Positions 1 through 10,600 of a DNA stretch of 64,000 nucleotides are shown in pieces (positions within the stretch are counted from its first letter, which is position 1; every line of letters begins with the position of its first letter). Source of the stretch: Granulicella sp. (GTDB lineage Bacteria > Acidobacteriota > Terriglobia > Terriglobales > Acidobacteriaceae); the NCBI GenBank assembly GCA_027339965.1, contig DAHWNL010000073.1:1113-65112 (forward strand). Direction: 5' to 3'. The translations under genes were made by a program, and so were the position numbers. The notes beneath the pieces were generated by a model. That model saw nothing but the letters and a program-made list of their open reading frames with translations, made no database searches and was not told the DNA's origin.

Positions 1-1
1 G

Positions 2-592
2 GGCGAGGTGCATATTTGGAAGACGGCTCATCATCCCCGCTTCCAAACTGATCACAGAGCATCTGCAGTGGATGTCGCATTGGCAACCGCTTCGGCGCCG
101 ACATATTTCCCGACACATCGTCTGGCTTCCGGCATACCGTTGGTTGACGGGGGAACCTGGGCCAACAATCCGGTCGCGATTGCGGTCGTAGAAGCAATTG
201 GAATTCTTGGATGGCCCTCCGATGAGTTGCGGGTCTTGAGCATCGGATGCACATCGACCCCGTTGCGATTTGACTGGCGCAAGGGACACTCTTTGGGAAA
301 ACTCGGATGGGCGAGCAAAATCGTCGACGTCTTCATGCTGGGCCAATCTTCGGGAGCGATGGGGATGGCGATGCACCTAGTCCCGAATCGTGAGAACATC
401 TTTCGCGTTTCTCCGGTAGTGGGACCGCAGTTTACCCTGGACGATGTGCGACTCATACCCACATTGAAGGGGTTGGGAAGTGCGGAGGCGCGGCAATGGC
501 TTCCGAGATTACAGGCCACATTTTTCGAGCAACCGGCCGGCGAATTCGCGAGTCTAGCTGGCTCGAAACTGTCTGAATTGCAGCGGTCATAG
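2..592 (+). CDS. patatin-like phospholipase, C-terminal part (5' end outside window)
   Basis: Reading frame is open to the window edge. It has the patatin blocks 'ATASAPTYFP' and the catalytic-Asp block 'PLVDGGTWANNP'. Confidence 0.75.
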   Translation, partial: GEVHIWKTAHHPRFQTDHRASAVDVALATASAPTYFPTHRLASGIPLVDGGTWANNPVAIAVVEAIGILGWPSDELRVLSIGCTSTPLRFDWRKGHSLGKLGWASKIVDVFMLGQSSGAMGMAMHLVPNRENIFRVSPVVGPQFTLDDVRLIPTLKGLGSAEARQWLPRLQATFFEQPAGEFASLAGSKLSELQRS

Positions 593-651
593 CGTTGGGC
601 GTCTGCTTTTTAGCTAAACGGCATTGAAGACAATGGGAAGCACTCTGAATT

Positions 652-1872
652 TCATGCAGCCTCCATCGGAACGACCTCCCCAAAAGGAGCTCTCCGAGCC
701 TCAGTCGACGCCCAGATCACCGGATACGGCGGTGCCCCGCTCGGGAATGTGCCGCACAAATCGGTGAGGAATACCAGAGTCTGCGGGAAGACGCCTCGCT
801 CGTCAAGCCAGTCAAAGCACGAACGGAAATCCGTTCCGCCTCCGCCAACAGGCGAGAGCGACACCGGCTGCCCAGCCTCGTACATTTCCACTCTTTGAAC
901 GGCCACGTCGAAATAGAGCACGTGGACAAGCCGCGGACGCTGTCCGGCCAGGATCGACCGAACCTCGGCCTCAAAGAGTCCAAGCTGTCGGGAGTTTACT
1001 GACCCGGAGCAGTCAACGGCAATGGCAATCTCTCCCACTCCTTCGGAGGTGATCCCAGGTAGATACAGCCCCGCCCAGACATGGCGCCGGTTCGGGCGCG
1101 TCCAGCTATAGTCCGCTGGGATTGTGTCAGACCAGGCCCGGCGCAGCAGTTCGCGCCAGTCCACTTTGGCGGCCTGGGCGGCTTCTAGAGCACGCACTGC
1201 GCCCCCCGGGAGTTTGCCGGCGACCTTCGCGACCGTCTCAGCCTGTTCGACGGCGATCTGCCATTCGCGAGCTTGCTCTGCGATCGAAGTACTGTCTCCT
1301 TCTTCCGGCGCCGGCGCATCGAGCACTTGCCCTACGCCTCCCGGAGTCGATGGAACGGAAGGTACCGCGCTACCGTCATCTTTCTGAGGAGAGTCATTAT
1401 CGGGACTCCCGGATCCGGTTCCCGGCTGGCTATCCCGCTGGCCGGAGGAACCGTCGTGTTCTTCGTCTTCTTCGATCAGGTTGTAGATCCGCTCGGCGCT
1501 CATCCCGCGGAACCGGTTGTCGATGAGAACGTCTTTGGGGAGCGTGAGACCGGCATCAAGCAGAATGGGATTGATGGCATAGTCACACGCCACATTCCAC
1601 CGGGTGTGGTCCCGATCGCCGCGACGCGTGTGGTGTTGCAGCGCCGGGTGCATGACCTCGTGAGCCAGGACGCCGGCCAGTTCTGCCGCATTCAGTGTGT
1701 CTACGAATTCGGGGTTATAGAAGAGCGACACTCCATCGGTTGCCATTGTCGCGACCGACCGTGACGCCTTGCCGCCGAGCCTGAAGAGCAGAGTGCCGAA
1801 GAAAGGATGATCGAGGAGAAGCGTAGTCCGCGCCTTCTGGATGCGGACCTCGCATGGGACCTGGTAGTTCAT
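652..1872 (-). CDS. VWA-domain protein with N-terminal HExxH metallopeptidase-like domain (DUF2201-type)
   Basis: 'LAHEVMHPAL' (HExxH) in the N-terminal half and a MIDAS-like 'AVDCSGS' in the C-terminal half. Start trimmed from the ORF-track start (1944) to the ATG at 1872, which forms an ATGA overlap with the upstream stop. Confidence 0.75.
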   Translation of the reverse strand: MNYQVPCEVRIQKARTTLLLDHPFFGTLLFRLGGKASRSVATMATDGVSLFYNPEFVDTLNAAELAGVLAHEVMHPALQHHTRRGDRDHTRWNVACDYAINPILLDAGLTLPKDVLIDNRFRGMSAERIYNLIEEDEEHDGSSGQRDSQPGTGSGSPDNDSPQKDDGSAVPSVPSTPGGVGQVLDAPAPEEGDSTSIAEQAREWQIAVEQAETVAKVAGKLPGGAVRALEAAQAAKVDWRELLRRAWSDTIPADYSWTRPNRRHVWAGLYLPGITSEGVGEIAIAVDCSGSVNSRQLGLFEAEVRSILAGQRPRLVHVLYFDVAVQRVEMYEAGQPVSLSPVGGGGTDFRSCFDWLDERGVFPQTLVFLTDLCGTFPSGAPPYPVIWASTEARRAPFGEVVPMEAA

Positions 1873-2813
1873 GATACCGGAACCTCCATGTACGCGGCCA
1901 TGTGCGCAAAGATGTCGTCTGCGCTTGCGGCATTCGCCGAACATTCAATCTCCGCCTGCTGCCCGCGCGCTCGCAGTACGGCGTCCATCTTCGTCAGAAT
2001 CTCAGCTGCATCGTTCGCCGTCGCCGCGCGCAGGATCTCGTTCTTCTTGAGGTCCCGTGCGGTGAATCCGCAGAGTCGATCCCGGATTTCCCAGGCAAAG
2101 CGGTTGAGTTCCTCATCCTGATTCACGTTGAGGCGAGGCAGCAACTCGACGAGTTCGCAGATATTGGTCACCAGCGAAGCATGGAAGCGCGACTCGGGTT
2201 CATTAAGGCGCTCCACCATATGCGCAACGACGCCCTTCAGCCGTGTCCACAGGTCTTCAGTCCCTTTCTGCAGCGACTGCCGGACGTTCTCATCGATCTC
2301 GCGCGCGACCCGCGCCTGTTCTTCTTCTGAGAGCGTCACCCGGAAGTCGTTGCCGCTCGGGATGGGAAGGACTTCGAGTTTGACTCCGAACTTGTTCCTG
2401 AGCTTCTCGGTCGACGGATAATCTTCTTCCCGGAATAGCCCGTTGAGCTCCGGCCGAACCTGCTCGATGTAGCTGGGGTAGACGGCCAGGAACTCCTCCA
2501 CCTGATGCGCGAAGGACTGCTCAAACTCGCGCATCTTCGTGGTCAGCTCGAAGTAGAAGTGGGCTGGCAACAGGCGATAGCCCTCGTCGGACCAGGGCAG
2601 CGTGATTTTGTAGAAGTACAGACGAATCTGCCCGGATAGAGTTCGCAGCGATTCCAGCCGCTCCGCCTCACGCAGCAGTTGCTTGTTGTAGCGGCCGGCG
2701 CCGGCATAGGCCCCGTGCTGCTCGGCAACCTCCCGGCTGACCTTGCGGTCGTGTTTGATGGCAGTCCAGATGCTGATATGGACCGCGGCCAGCATGGCGC
2801 GTTCGGTGATCAT
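1869..2813 (-). CDS. conserved hypothetical protein (DUF3150-like), middle gene of the ATPase/VWA triad
   Basis: 314-aa ORF with coding-like composition and 4-nt overlaps with both neighbours. The family assignment is from memory of similar plasmid/ICE proteins and is uncertain. Confidence 0.55.
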   Translation of the reverse strand: MITERAMLAAVHISIWTAIKHDRKVSREVAEQHGAYAGAGRYNKQLLREAERLESLRTLSGQIRLYFYKITLPWSDEGYRLLPAHFYFELTTKMREFEQSFAHQVEEFLAVYPSYIEQVRPELNGLFREEDYPSTEKLRNKFGVKLEVLPIPSGNDFRVTLSEEEQARVAREIDENVRQSLQKGTEDLWTRLKGVVAHMVERLNEPESRFHASLVTNICELVELLPRLNVNQDEELNRFAWEIRDRLCGFTARDLKKNEILRAATANDAAEILTKMDAVLRARGQQAEIECSANAASADDIFAHMAAYMEVPVS

Positions 2814-3820
2814 TGCAAAACCTCCACATGGTCTACGCCGAAGCGGATGAACTCCGGCGTGTGGGTAATGGCCCGATCGCGGGCGGCGGCGTCGCGCATG
2901 GCGAGCACTCGCATCTCGGTCGGCATCCGGTCGAGGTACCGGATTCCCTTGGGAATCGAATGGTCGGTCAGCGCGCGCCCGAGAGCCGTGGCGATGGCAA
3001 TTCGTGCCGACGGCTCATCGGGAAGAGGGGCAGAGTCGGGATTGAGCAGGATCTCGTCGATTGAGGGCAACTGCCGGAAGAGACGCAGGAAGGCGACCAG
3101 CTCCGTCGTCGCCGCCTCTCCAATGGTTCCTTCGAGCAGTTGAGCTTCGATCTCGGTGGCGCCGGAAAAGAAGCCGCTCTGCTGGCGGCGGGCAAAGCCG
3201 CTCATGACATTTGACGCCATCTCCCAGGAACGCGGCGTGGGCCAAGCATTCACGTCGGATGTCGCATCGGGATCGTGGAGGAGTGCCGGCTTGAAGCGCA
3301 GAAAGGCGATGATCTCCGGACGAATCCCGGCCTTCACCGCCCACTTGCACCAGTCCATGAAGTCAGGCTCAAGATCGAGATGAACGAAGCGATTCCGCAG
3401 CGGCCGCGGCATCGAGAAATGGACACCGCGCTCCGATGCCGGATTGCCAGCCGCGATCACCACCCACCCGTCCGGAAGCCGGTACTCGCCCAGCCGGCGA
3501 TCAAGCACGAGCTGGTAGCAGCCGGCCTGGGTCATCTGTGGCGCCGAGGTCAGCTCGTCCAGAAACAGAATGCCTTCGCCATCGATCGGCAGGAATTTCG
3601 GCGGCACCCATTCCGCGCGATCTGCGGAAATCTTCGGCAGGCCGCGCAGATCGACGGGATCGAGTTGCACGGCTCGGATATCGAGGAATTCGCATTTCCG
3701 GTCGGCTGCGACCTGGGCGACAATCTGCGACTTGCCGACGCCGCACGCGCCCCAAATGTGCAGGGGCACAAGTTCGCTGATCAGCGCATGAAGCGCCTCG
3801 TAGAGTTCTGAAGGTTTCAT
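2810..3820 (-). CDS. AAA+ ATPase, MoxR/CobS-like (AAA_5 type)
   Basis: Walker A 'GACGVGKSQ' and Walker B 'ILFLDEL'. First gene of a three-gene overlapping operon with a VWA partner. Confidence 0.8.
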   Translation of the reverse strand: MKPSELYEALHALISELVPLHIWGACGVGKSQIVAQVAADRKCEFLDIRAVQLDPVDLRGLPKISADRAEWVPPKFLPIDGEGILFLDELTSAPQMTQAGCYQLVLDRRLGEYRLPDGWVVIAAGNPASERGVHFSMPRPLRNRFVHLDLEPDFMDWCKWAVKAGIRPEIIAFLRFKPALLHDPDATSDVNAWPTPRSWEMASNVMSGFARRQQSGFFSGATEIEAQLLEGTIGEAATTELVAFLRLFRQLPSIDEILLNPDSAPLPDEPSARIAIATALGRALTDHSIPKGIRYLDRMPTEMRVLAMRDAAARDRAITHTPEFIRFGVDHVEVLQ

Positions 3821-4347
3821 GGAATTTGGGTCCTTTTCAAGCAGGGATCCCGTCAGAACTGCGATGCGAGATTCCCGTCAAGCGGGCCACCCCTGGGAGA
3901 GTGGTCCGCGCTATGTGTCACGAATCAGATCTGGGAAGGATTAGCCGTATTGTATGGAAACACAAGACAAGCTAGTCGATGTGACCCCACCTACAGCCGC
4001 CACCGCAAAGGACATGGACGCAGAACTCGTCTCGATGAGGTATCGCTTTCTGAAATCAACAGAAGCCTCGCCCTGGACGTGGCTGCTGTCGAGACCGTTC
4101 GAGCAAGGCTGCAAGAAATGATCCGTTTACTTCCGGAATCTTGTGCGTCGCCAGCGTCGCTGCTTCATTCGCACTCTTGCTACACGCCCTTGCTGACCGG
4201 TCTGGTTGGGGATCGCAGATGTAATCTAACCTCCCTTATAGCCTTGCGGTCTTCTTTTCATACCTTGCGCTCTGTATCGTCACCTGAATCTGCTCCAGCA
4301 GTCTGAAATCGAAGCCACGGCCCCGTCTATGCTATTTTAAGGAAAGC

Positions 4348-4719
4348 ATGAAGGTGGTACGCCAATTCGGCATTGTATTGCTGGTGCTGGTATTGGGCCT
4401 GACTCCAGCAATGGCCTGTCTGGTTCCCGGCGCTGCGATGACCGCTGGAGAGCGCGCTTGCTGCCGGACGATGAGTACCGAGTGCGGGCAGCCGAACATG
4501 CCTGCATCGCACTCATGCTGCCGGGGAAGTCTCCCTGTTCTAGGGGAGAAAGCCGTCGATGCAAGGGCCGGTACAGTTCACCTGTTCGCTGTTGCTACAA
4601 TCCCGCTGGCCGCGTGGGACATGACGGCTCCGGTTTTTCCTGCCGCGGGCCGACTTGATTACGCTGATTCCTCTCTTCTCGGTTCCCCGCCTACCTCGGT
4701 TTCAGTTCTCAGAATCTAG
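4348..4719 (+). CDS. small secreted Cys-rich protein, possible metal-binding accessory of the efflux operon
   Basis: N-terminal signal peptide 'MKVVRQFGIVLLVLVLGLTPAMAC' and two CC pairs ('ERACCRTM', 'HSCCRGS'). Lies directly upstream of the outer-membrane factor gene on the same strand. Confidence 0.5.
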   Translation: MKVVRQFGIVLLVLVLGLTPAMACLVPGAAMTAGERACCRTMSTECGQPNMPASHSCCRGSLPVLGEKAVDARAGTVHLFAVATIPLAAWDMTAPVFPAAGRLDYADSSLLGSPPTSVSVLRI

Positions 4720-4816
4720 ACCGCTCCTTCTCGCATTCAGTCTTTGCCGAGCGCCCTGTCGTGTCTGCGCTATCCGCAAAGTTCCATGAACTGCATTCTG
4801 AGAATGGAGCCTCCGT

Positions 4817-6079
4817 ATGTCTGCAGCCTCTTCGGTTGCGGTCGCGGTTCTACTGGCCACTGCACTCGCTGCCTTCGGCCAGGCATCTGCGCCGACCGCG
4901 CCCACCCCGTTGTCTCAGCTTCTGACCGAAGCTGAGGGAAATAACTCACAGATTGCCGCTGCTCGCGATGCATGGCAGGCGGCGAAGCAGGTGCCACGCC
5001 AGGTGAGCACTCTGCCCGATCCGACTTTCACCTATCAGAACTTCAGTGTGGGCAGCCCAAAGCCATTCGCCGGTTACACCACCAGCAACTTTGCCTATAT
5101 CGGTATCGGAGCGTCTCAGGAATTTCCCTATCCGGGAAAGCTGAGACTGCGTGGCGAGGCGGCCGAACGCGAGGCGGATGTCAAAGATACGACCATTCAA
5201 GCCACCGCGGCGAGCGTTGCCGACGCCGTCAAAGTGGATTACCTCCATCTCGCCTACCTGCAGCAGGTGCTCAAGATTCTTGGCGAGAACGAGCACGTTC
5301 TCGATCAGCTCATCCAGGATGCGACCGCACACTATGAGGTCGGTCAGGGATCCCAGGCCGATGTACTGCAGGCCCAGGTGGAGCGCACGAAGATCGTCCG
5401 CGAAATCACCGCGGCCAAAGAGCAACTCGGAGATACCGAAGCCGATCTGAAAGCCCTGCTGCATCGGGATCAGGATTCTCCGGACATCGTGGCTGAAGCC
5501 CTCCGAGAGAATCCTCTACAGGACACTTCAGATCAGCTCTTGGAAATGGTGCGGAAACGGAATCCGCAGATTCAGGTGGACGCCAGCTCAGTGCGCGCCG
5601 AGAACGCGGCGCTGGCTTCGGCGAAGCAGGACAGCAAGCCGGACTTCGGTCTCTCCTACATGTGGCAGCAGAATGACCGCAAATACCCCGACTACTACAT
5701 GTTCACTTTTAACCTTCGATTGCCGCGCCGGGCCCGCGTCCGCGCTGAGGTCCAGGAAGCCGCCGAGAAACTGACTCTGTCGCGGGAAACTCTGGACGCT
5801 CATTTGCAGGAGCAGCTCGCTCAGGTCAAGCGAGGATACGTCGAGGTGAAGAGCGACGAGGAATTGCTCACGGAATACCAACAGGGCCTGATTCCTCAAT
5901 CCGATGCCGCCTATCGTTCCACTCTGAACTCGTATGCGAGCAATCGTGACGTCATGACACACGTACTCCTCCATTTCGTGAACGTGCTGAACATGAAGCT
6001 CGACGAAGCCAAGGTGCTGGCCGATCACGAGACAATACTGGCTCATCTGGAAACCCTGACAGGAGCGACACTGCGATGA
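4817..6079 (+). CDS. cusC: TolC-family outer membrane efflux protein (CusC/CzcC-like)
   Basis: Signal peptide, length and sequence typical of OEP/TolC factors. ATGA overlap with the adaptor gene. Confidence 0.85.
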   Translation: MSAASSVAVAVLLATALAAFGQASAPTAPTPLSQLLTEAEGNNSQIAAARDAWQAAKQVPRQVSTLPDPTFTYQNFSVGSPKPFAGYTTSNFAYIGIGASQEFPYPGKLRLRGEAAEREADVKDTTIQATAASVADAVKVDYLHLAYLQQVLKILGENEHVLDQLIQDATAHYEVGQGSQADVLQAQVERTKIVREITAAKEQLGDTEADLKALLHRDQDSPDIVAEALRENPLQDTSDQLLEMVRKRNPQIQVDASSVRAENAALASAKQDSKPDFGLSYMWQQNDRKYPDYYMFTFNLRLPRRARVRAEVQEAAEKLTLSRETLDAHLQEQLAQVKRGYVEVKSDEELLTEYQQGLIPQSDAAYRSTLNSYASNRDVMTHVLLHFVNVLNMKLDEAKVLADHETILAHLETLTGATLR

Positions 6080-7662
6080 ACAAATATGTTTTAAGAACTT
6101 CTTTGGTATGGCTCGCTCTGATTGCAGTTGTCGCAACAGTATGGTTTTACCGCAATCAGCGAGGAAAGTCGTCGAACTTCGCACAGGAGCCATCATCCAG
6201 CGGAGTGCAGCCGGCAGCGGTCGGGCCGGCAGCAGGCGCCAATGAACCGGCGTCGTCCACAACGCCAGTGGTTAATACGGAAGCGCCGATGACGCCCGTA
6301 CAACTCTCCCCGCAGCGTATGCAAAGCATCGGGGTAACCACAGGCACTGTGGAGTACAAGCAGGTCAGCGATGATGTTCGCGCAACGGGTACGGTGGACA
6401 TCGATGAGCAACTGCTCTCGTACGTCCAGGTGAGATTTCCCGGATACATCCGGAAAGTATTCGTGAACGCCACGTATCTCTACGTTCGCAAGGGCGAGCC
6501 GCTCTTCACCGTCTACAGCCCCGACCTGGTCGCCACGGAGCAGGAGTACCTTCTCGCAAGACGGGACCAGAAGGTGTTGGGGGCGAGCACTGTCGATGGG
6601 GTTGCATCTGGCGCAGCAACGCTTTCATCGGCGGCGGAACAACGGCTCGCGCAGTGGGAAGTTCCGCCGAGCGAGCTCGAGAAGCTCCGCAGCACCGGAA
6701 AGCCCATTACCGATCTCACCATTAACTCCCCAGTTTCAGGTTACGTGACGGAATACAACGCGCTGCCCAATATGTACGTCGAGCCCTCGACTCGTCTCTA
6801 TACCGTTGCCGATTTATCCCGGGTGTGGGTGTATGTGCAGGTGTTTCAGGATGACGTGGGCCGCCTGAGGCCCGGGGACCCGGTTGATATTACCGTCGAT
6901 TCTTATCCCGGCAGAACCTTCTACGGCCGGATCGATCAGATTCTGCCCCAGGTCGATCTGACGACGCGCACCGTGCGCGTCCGGCTGGTCATTCAAAATC
7001 CCGGACTGAAGCTCAAGCCCGGCATGTATGTGAACTGCGATCTGAAATCACCCCTCGGACGACAGCTGGTCATCCCGGCCTCGGCTGTGTTTGAGACCGG
7101 GACAAGTCAGATGGCCTTCCTCTACGAGGGCAACGGCATGATCCAGCCGAAGGAGATTGTCGCCGGTCCGCAAACCGGCGACGAAGTGATTGTTCTCAAG
7201 GGGCTGAAGCCGCACCAGAAGATCGTCACCTCGGCCAATTTCCTTATTGACTCGGAGAGTCAGCTCCAGGCCGCCGCCGGGTCCTTCATGCCTCCCCCGC
7301 CTGGGGCGGGCCCAAACTCTTCTTCTCCAGGCGCAGCCGCGCAGGGAACCATCGACTTCACCACCGATCCGAATCCACCGAGAAAAGGCCAGAACATCTT
7401 CCGCGTGCGGCTGACAGACAACAAGGGCGTCCCTGTTGTTGGGGCGCAGGTTTCGGTGCGCTTCTATATGGCGGCCATGCCGGCCATGGGAATGGCGGCG
7501 ATGAATACCAGCGCGACATTGACGGACAAGGGCAACGGACTCTATGAAGGCGCCGGCTCTCTTGGTTCAGGCGGCACCTGGCAGGTCACCATCGTGGCGC
7601 AGAAGAATAGCCAAACGATCGCCAGCAAGCAGCTCAGCGTGACCGTAACGGGAGGCATGTGA
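6076..7662 (+). CDS. cusB: RND efflux periplasmic adaptor (CusB-like) with C-terminal FixH/YtkA-like Met-rich extension
   Basis: HlyD/MFP-type core ('VNATYLYVRKGEPLFTVYSPDL', 'LKPGMYV') followed by a Pro/Gly linker. The ~105-aa tail contains 'FYMAAMPAMGMAAMN'. Confidence 0.85.
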   Translation: MNKYVLRTSLVWLALIAVVATVWFYRNQRGKSSNFAQEPSSSGVQPAAVGPAAGANEPASSTTPVVNTEAPMTPVQLSPQRMQSIGVTTGTVEYKQVSDDVRATGTVDIDEQLLSYVQVRFPGYIRKVFVNATYLYVRKGEPLFTVYSPDLVATEQEYLLARRDQKVLGASTVDGVASGAATLSSAAEQRLAQWEVPPSELEKLRSTGKPITDLTINSPVSGYVTEYNALPNMYVEPSTRLYTVADLSRVWVYVQVFQDDVGRLRPGDPVDITVDSYPGRTFYGRIDQILPQVDLTTRTVRVRLVIQNPGLKLKPGMYVNCDLKSPLGRQLVIPASAVFETGTSQMAFLYEGNGMIQPKEIVAGPQTGDEVIVLKGLKPHQKIVTSANFLIDSESQLQAAAGSFMPPPPGAGPNSSSPGAAAQGTIDFTTDPNPPRKGQNIFRVRLTDNKGVPVVGAQVSVRFYMAAMPAMGMAAMNTSATLTDKGNGLYEGAGSLGSGGTWQVTIVAQKNSQTIASKQLSVTVTGGM

Positions 7663-10600
7663 TGCTATCCCGAATCATCGATGTTTGCGCCCGCAACCGA
7701 TTCCTTGTCTTCACCGCCGTCCTTCTTCTGACTCTTGCCGGAATCTGGTCGCTCAAACATATCCCTCTTGATGCGCTGCCGGACATCTCCGATGTGCAGG
7801 TGATTGTCCACACCTCCTGGGCCGGAGAACCGCCCGACGTGATCGAAGATCAGGTGACGTATCCGATTGTGACCAGCATGCTGGCCGCTCCGCATGTGAA
7901 AGCAGTGCGCGCACAAACCATGTTCGGCGACTCCTATGTCTATGTCGTATTCCAGGACGGCACCGACCTCTATTGGGCACGGTCTCGCGTACTCGAGTAT
8001 CTCGATGAGATAAGCGGGCAACTACCCTCGAGCGTTCATCCTGTGCTTGGCCCCGACGCCACCGGAGCTGGCTGGGTGTATGAGTATGCCATCGTGGACA
8101 AGAGTCACAATCTAAGCCTCGCCGACCTGCGCACACTGCAAGACTGGGACCTGCGCTATGCGCTCGAAACCGTTCCCGGCGTTGCGGAGGTGGCAACGAT
8201 AGGCGGCTACGTCAAGCAGTATCAGGTGCAACTCGATCCCAACAAGCTGCTCGCGTATGGCATTCCGCTCTCCACCGTCATCGACCGCGTAAAGGCGAGC
8301 ACAAACGAAGTCGGTGGAAGGGTTCTTGACCTGAGTGGCGCCCAGTATATGATCCGCGGCCTCGGTTATCTGCATTCGCTCAGCGACCTTGCCAATGTCG
8401 CTGTTGGCAGCAAAGATGGAACCCCCGTGTTGCTCAGCGATCTCGGTACGGTGAGCTTCGGCCCGGATATTCGGGAAGGCGTTGCTGAGTGGAACGGCGA
8501 CGGCGAGACCGTAGGCGGCATTGTCGTCATGCGCCAGGGCATGAACGCGCTCGATGTGATCAATGGTGTGAAGGCGAAGCTGCGCGAAATCGCGCCGTCT
8601 TTGCCGCCCGGCGTTGAGATTATGCCCGCCTATGACCGGTCCGGACTCATCCATGCCTCCATTCAGACTTTGCAGCGAGACCTCCTCGAAGAGGCGATCA
8701 TTGTCAGCCTGGTCATTATCGTTTTTCTCTTCCACTTTCGCTCAGCTTTGATCGCTATTCTCGCCCTGCCCATTGCGGTCGTCGTGTCGTTCATCCCGAT
8801 GTATCTGCTGGGCGTCTCTTCCAACATCATGTCGCTGGGCGGATTGGCACTGGCCATTGGGGTCTTGGTCGATGCGTCCATTGTGATGGTGGAGAACGGC
8901 TATCGACATCTCTCCGAACGTCAGGAGCATGATCCGGCGCCAGTCAAGGAAGGCGAACGGCGAAGGATACTCATCAGCGCCGCGAAGCAGGTGGGGCCGG
9001 CGCTCTTCTTCTCGCTCCTGATTATCGTGGTGTCGTTCCTGCCTGTCTTTCTCCTGCAAGCGCAAGAAGGCCGCATGTTCCGGCCATTGGCCTGGACAAA
9101 GACGCTGGCGGTCGGTTCTTCCTCCATTCTTGCCATCACGCTTGTCCCGGTTCTAATGGTCATGCTGATTCGTGGAAAGCTTCGCCCAGAAAACGCAAAT
9201 CCCATCTCCCGGATCACGCAGGCGATTTATTTGCCGGTACTGAGATTCTGCCTGCGTCACCGATGGCTGACGATCGCACTGAATCTCATCTTCCTTGCCG
9301 TGACACTGCCCCTGGCGTTTCATCTGGGGAGCCAGTTCATGCCGCCACTCTATGAAGGTTCCGTACTGTATATGCCGACGGCATTGCCAGGCATCTCGAT
9401 TGGACAGGCGAAGGTGCTCCTCCAGGAACAGGACCGCATCATCCGCGGTTTTCCCGAGGTGGTCAGCGTCTTCGGCACCGCGGGCCGTTCCGACAGCGCA
9501 ACCGACAATGCGCCTCTCGATATGTATGACACAACCATCATGCTGAAGCCTCGAAAACAGTGGCCTGCAGGAATGACCTACGACAAGCTCATTCAGCAGA
9601 TGGACGCAAAACTCCAGTTTCCGGGTCTGTCCAACACCTGGACCATGCCTGTCGAGAACCGTCTTGACATGGAGTTGACCGGCATCAAAACACCCGTTGG
9701 GATCAAGGTGCAGGGCCCGAACATCGACGGAATCCAACAGGTGGGCGCGCAGATTCAAAGCATTCTTTCCGGCATGCCGCAGGTAAGATCCATCTTTGCG
9801 GAAAAGGTAGCGCAAGGTTTCTACGTCAACGTGGAGCCGAATCGCCCCGAGATTGCGAAGTACGGCCTGACCCTCGCCGACGTACAAAATGCTGTTGCGT
9901 CCGGAATTGGCGGCGAAGACATTGCGGAGAACGTTGAGGGGCGCGACCGGTTTCCCATCAACGTTCGCTACGAGCGCGATTTCCGCAACAATATCGAGGC
10001 GATGGGTGACGTTCTCATTGGCACGCCTTCGGGAGCCCAGATCCCATTAAGCCAGGTCGCGCGTATTTCCTTCTCGAAAGGTCCTGCCATGATCCGCGAC
10101 GAGGATGGGGCCTTGACCGGATACATCTATGTCGATCTGAACAACACCAACTATGGAGGCTTCGTCAGTAGCGCAGATCAACAATTACAGCAGAAACTCC
10201 GGCTCCCGGCCGGCTATACCTACCAGTGGTCGGGAGAGTATCAGTTCGAGCAGCGGGCGAAGCAAAGACTCAAGCTCATTCTTCCGATCGTGTTTTGCGT
10301 CATTCTGATCCTGCTCTACCTCGTCTTCCGATCCCTTGCGGAAGCGCTGATGCTGATCCTTCCCACAGCCTATGCCCTGACCGGAGGTCTCCTGCTACAG
10401 TGGCTCCTTCACTACAACTTCAGCGTCGCTGTGGCGGTTGGTTACATTGCTCTGTTTGGCATCGCAGTCGAAACCGGAGTGGTCATGGTGGTTTATCTGC
10501 ACGAAGCCCTGGAAAAACGAATTGCTGAGGGGCGAGTGAACACACGAGACGACCTCGACGCTGCCGCGATCGAAGGCGCGGTTCTCCGTCTTCGTCCGAA

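Noticed and set aside
3950-4306. 118-aa ORF (and an alternative 56-aa frame from 3955) in the 530-bp gap before the metal island
   Set aside because: There is no SD and no motif, and the composition looks non-coding. It is left as intergenic or junction sequence, though a small gene cannot be excluded.
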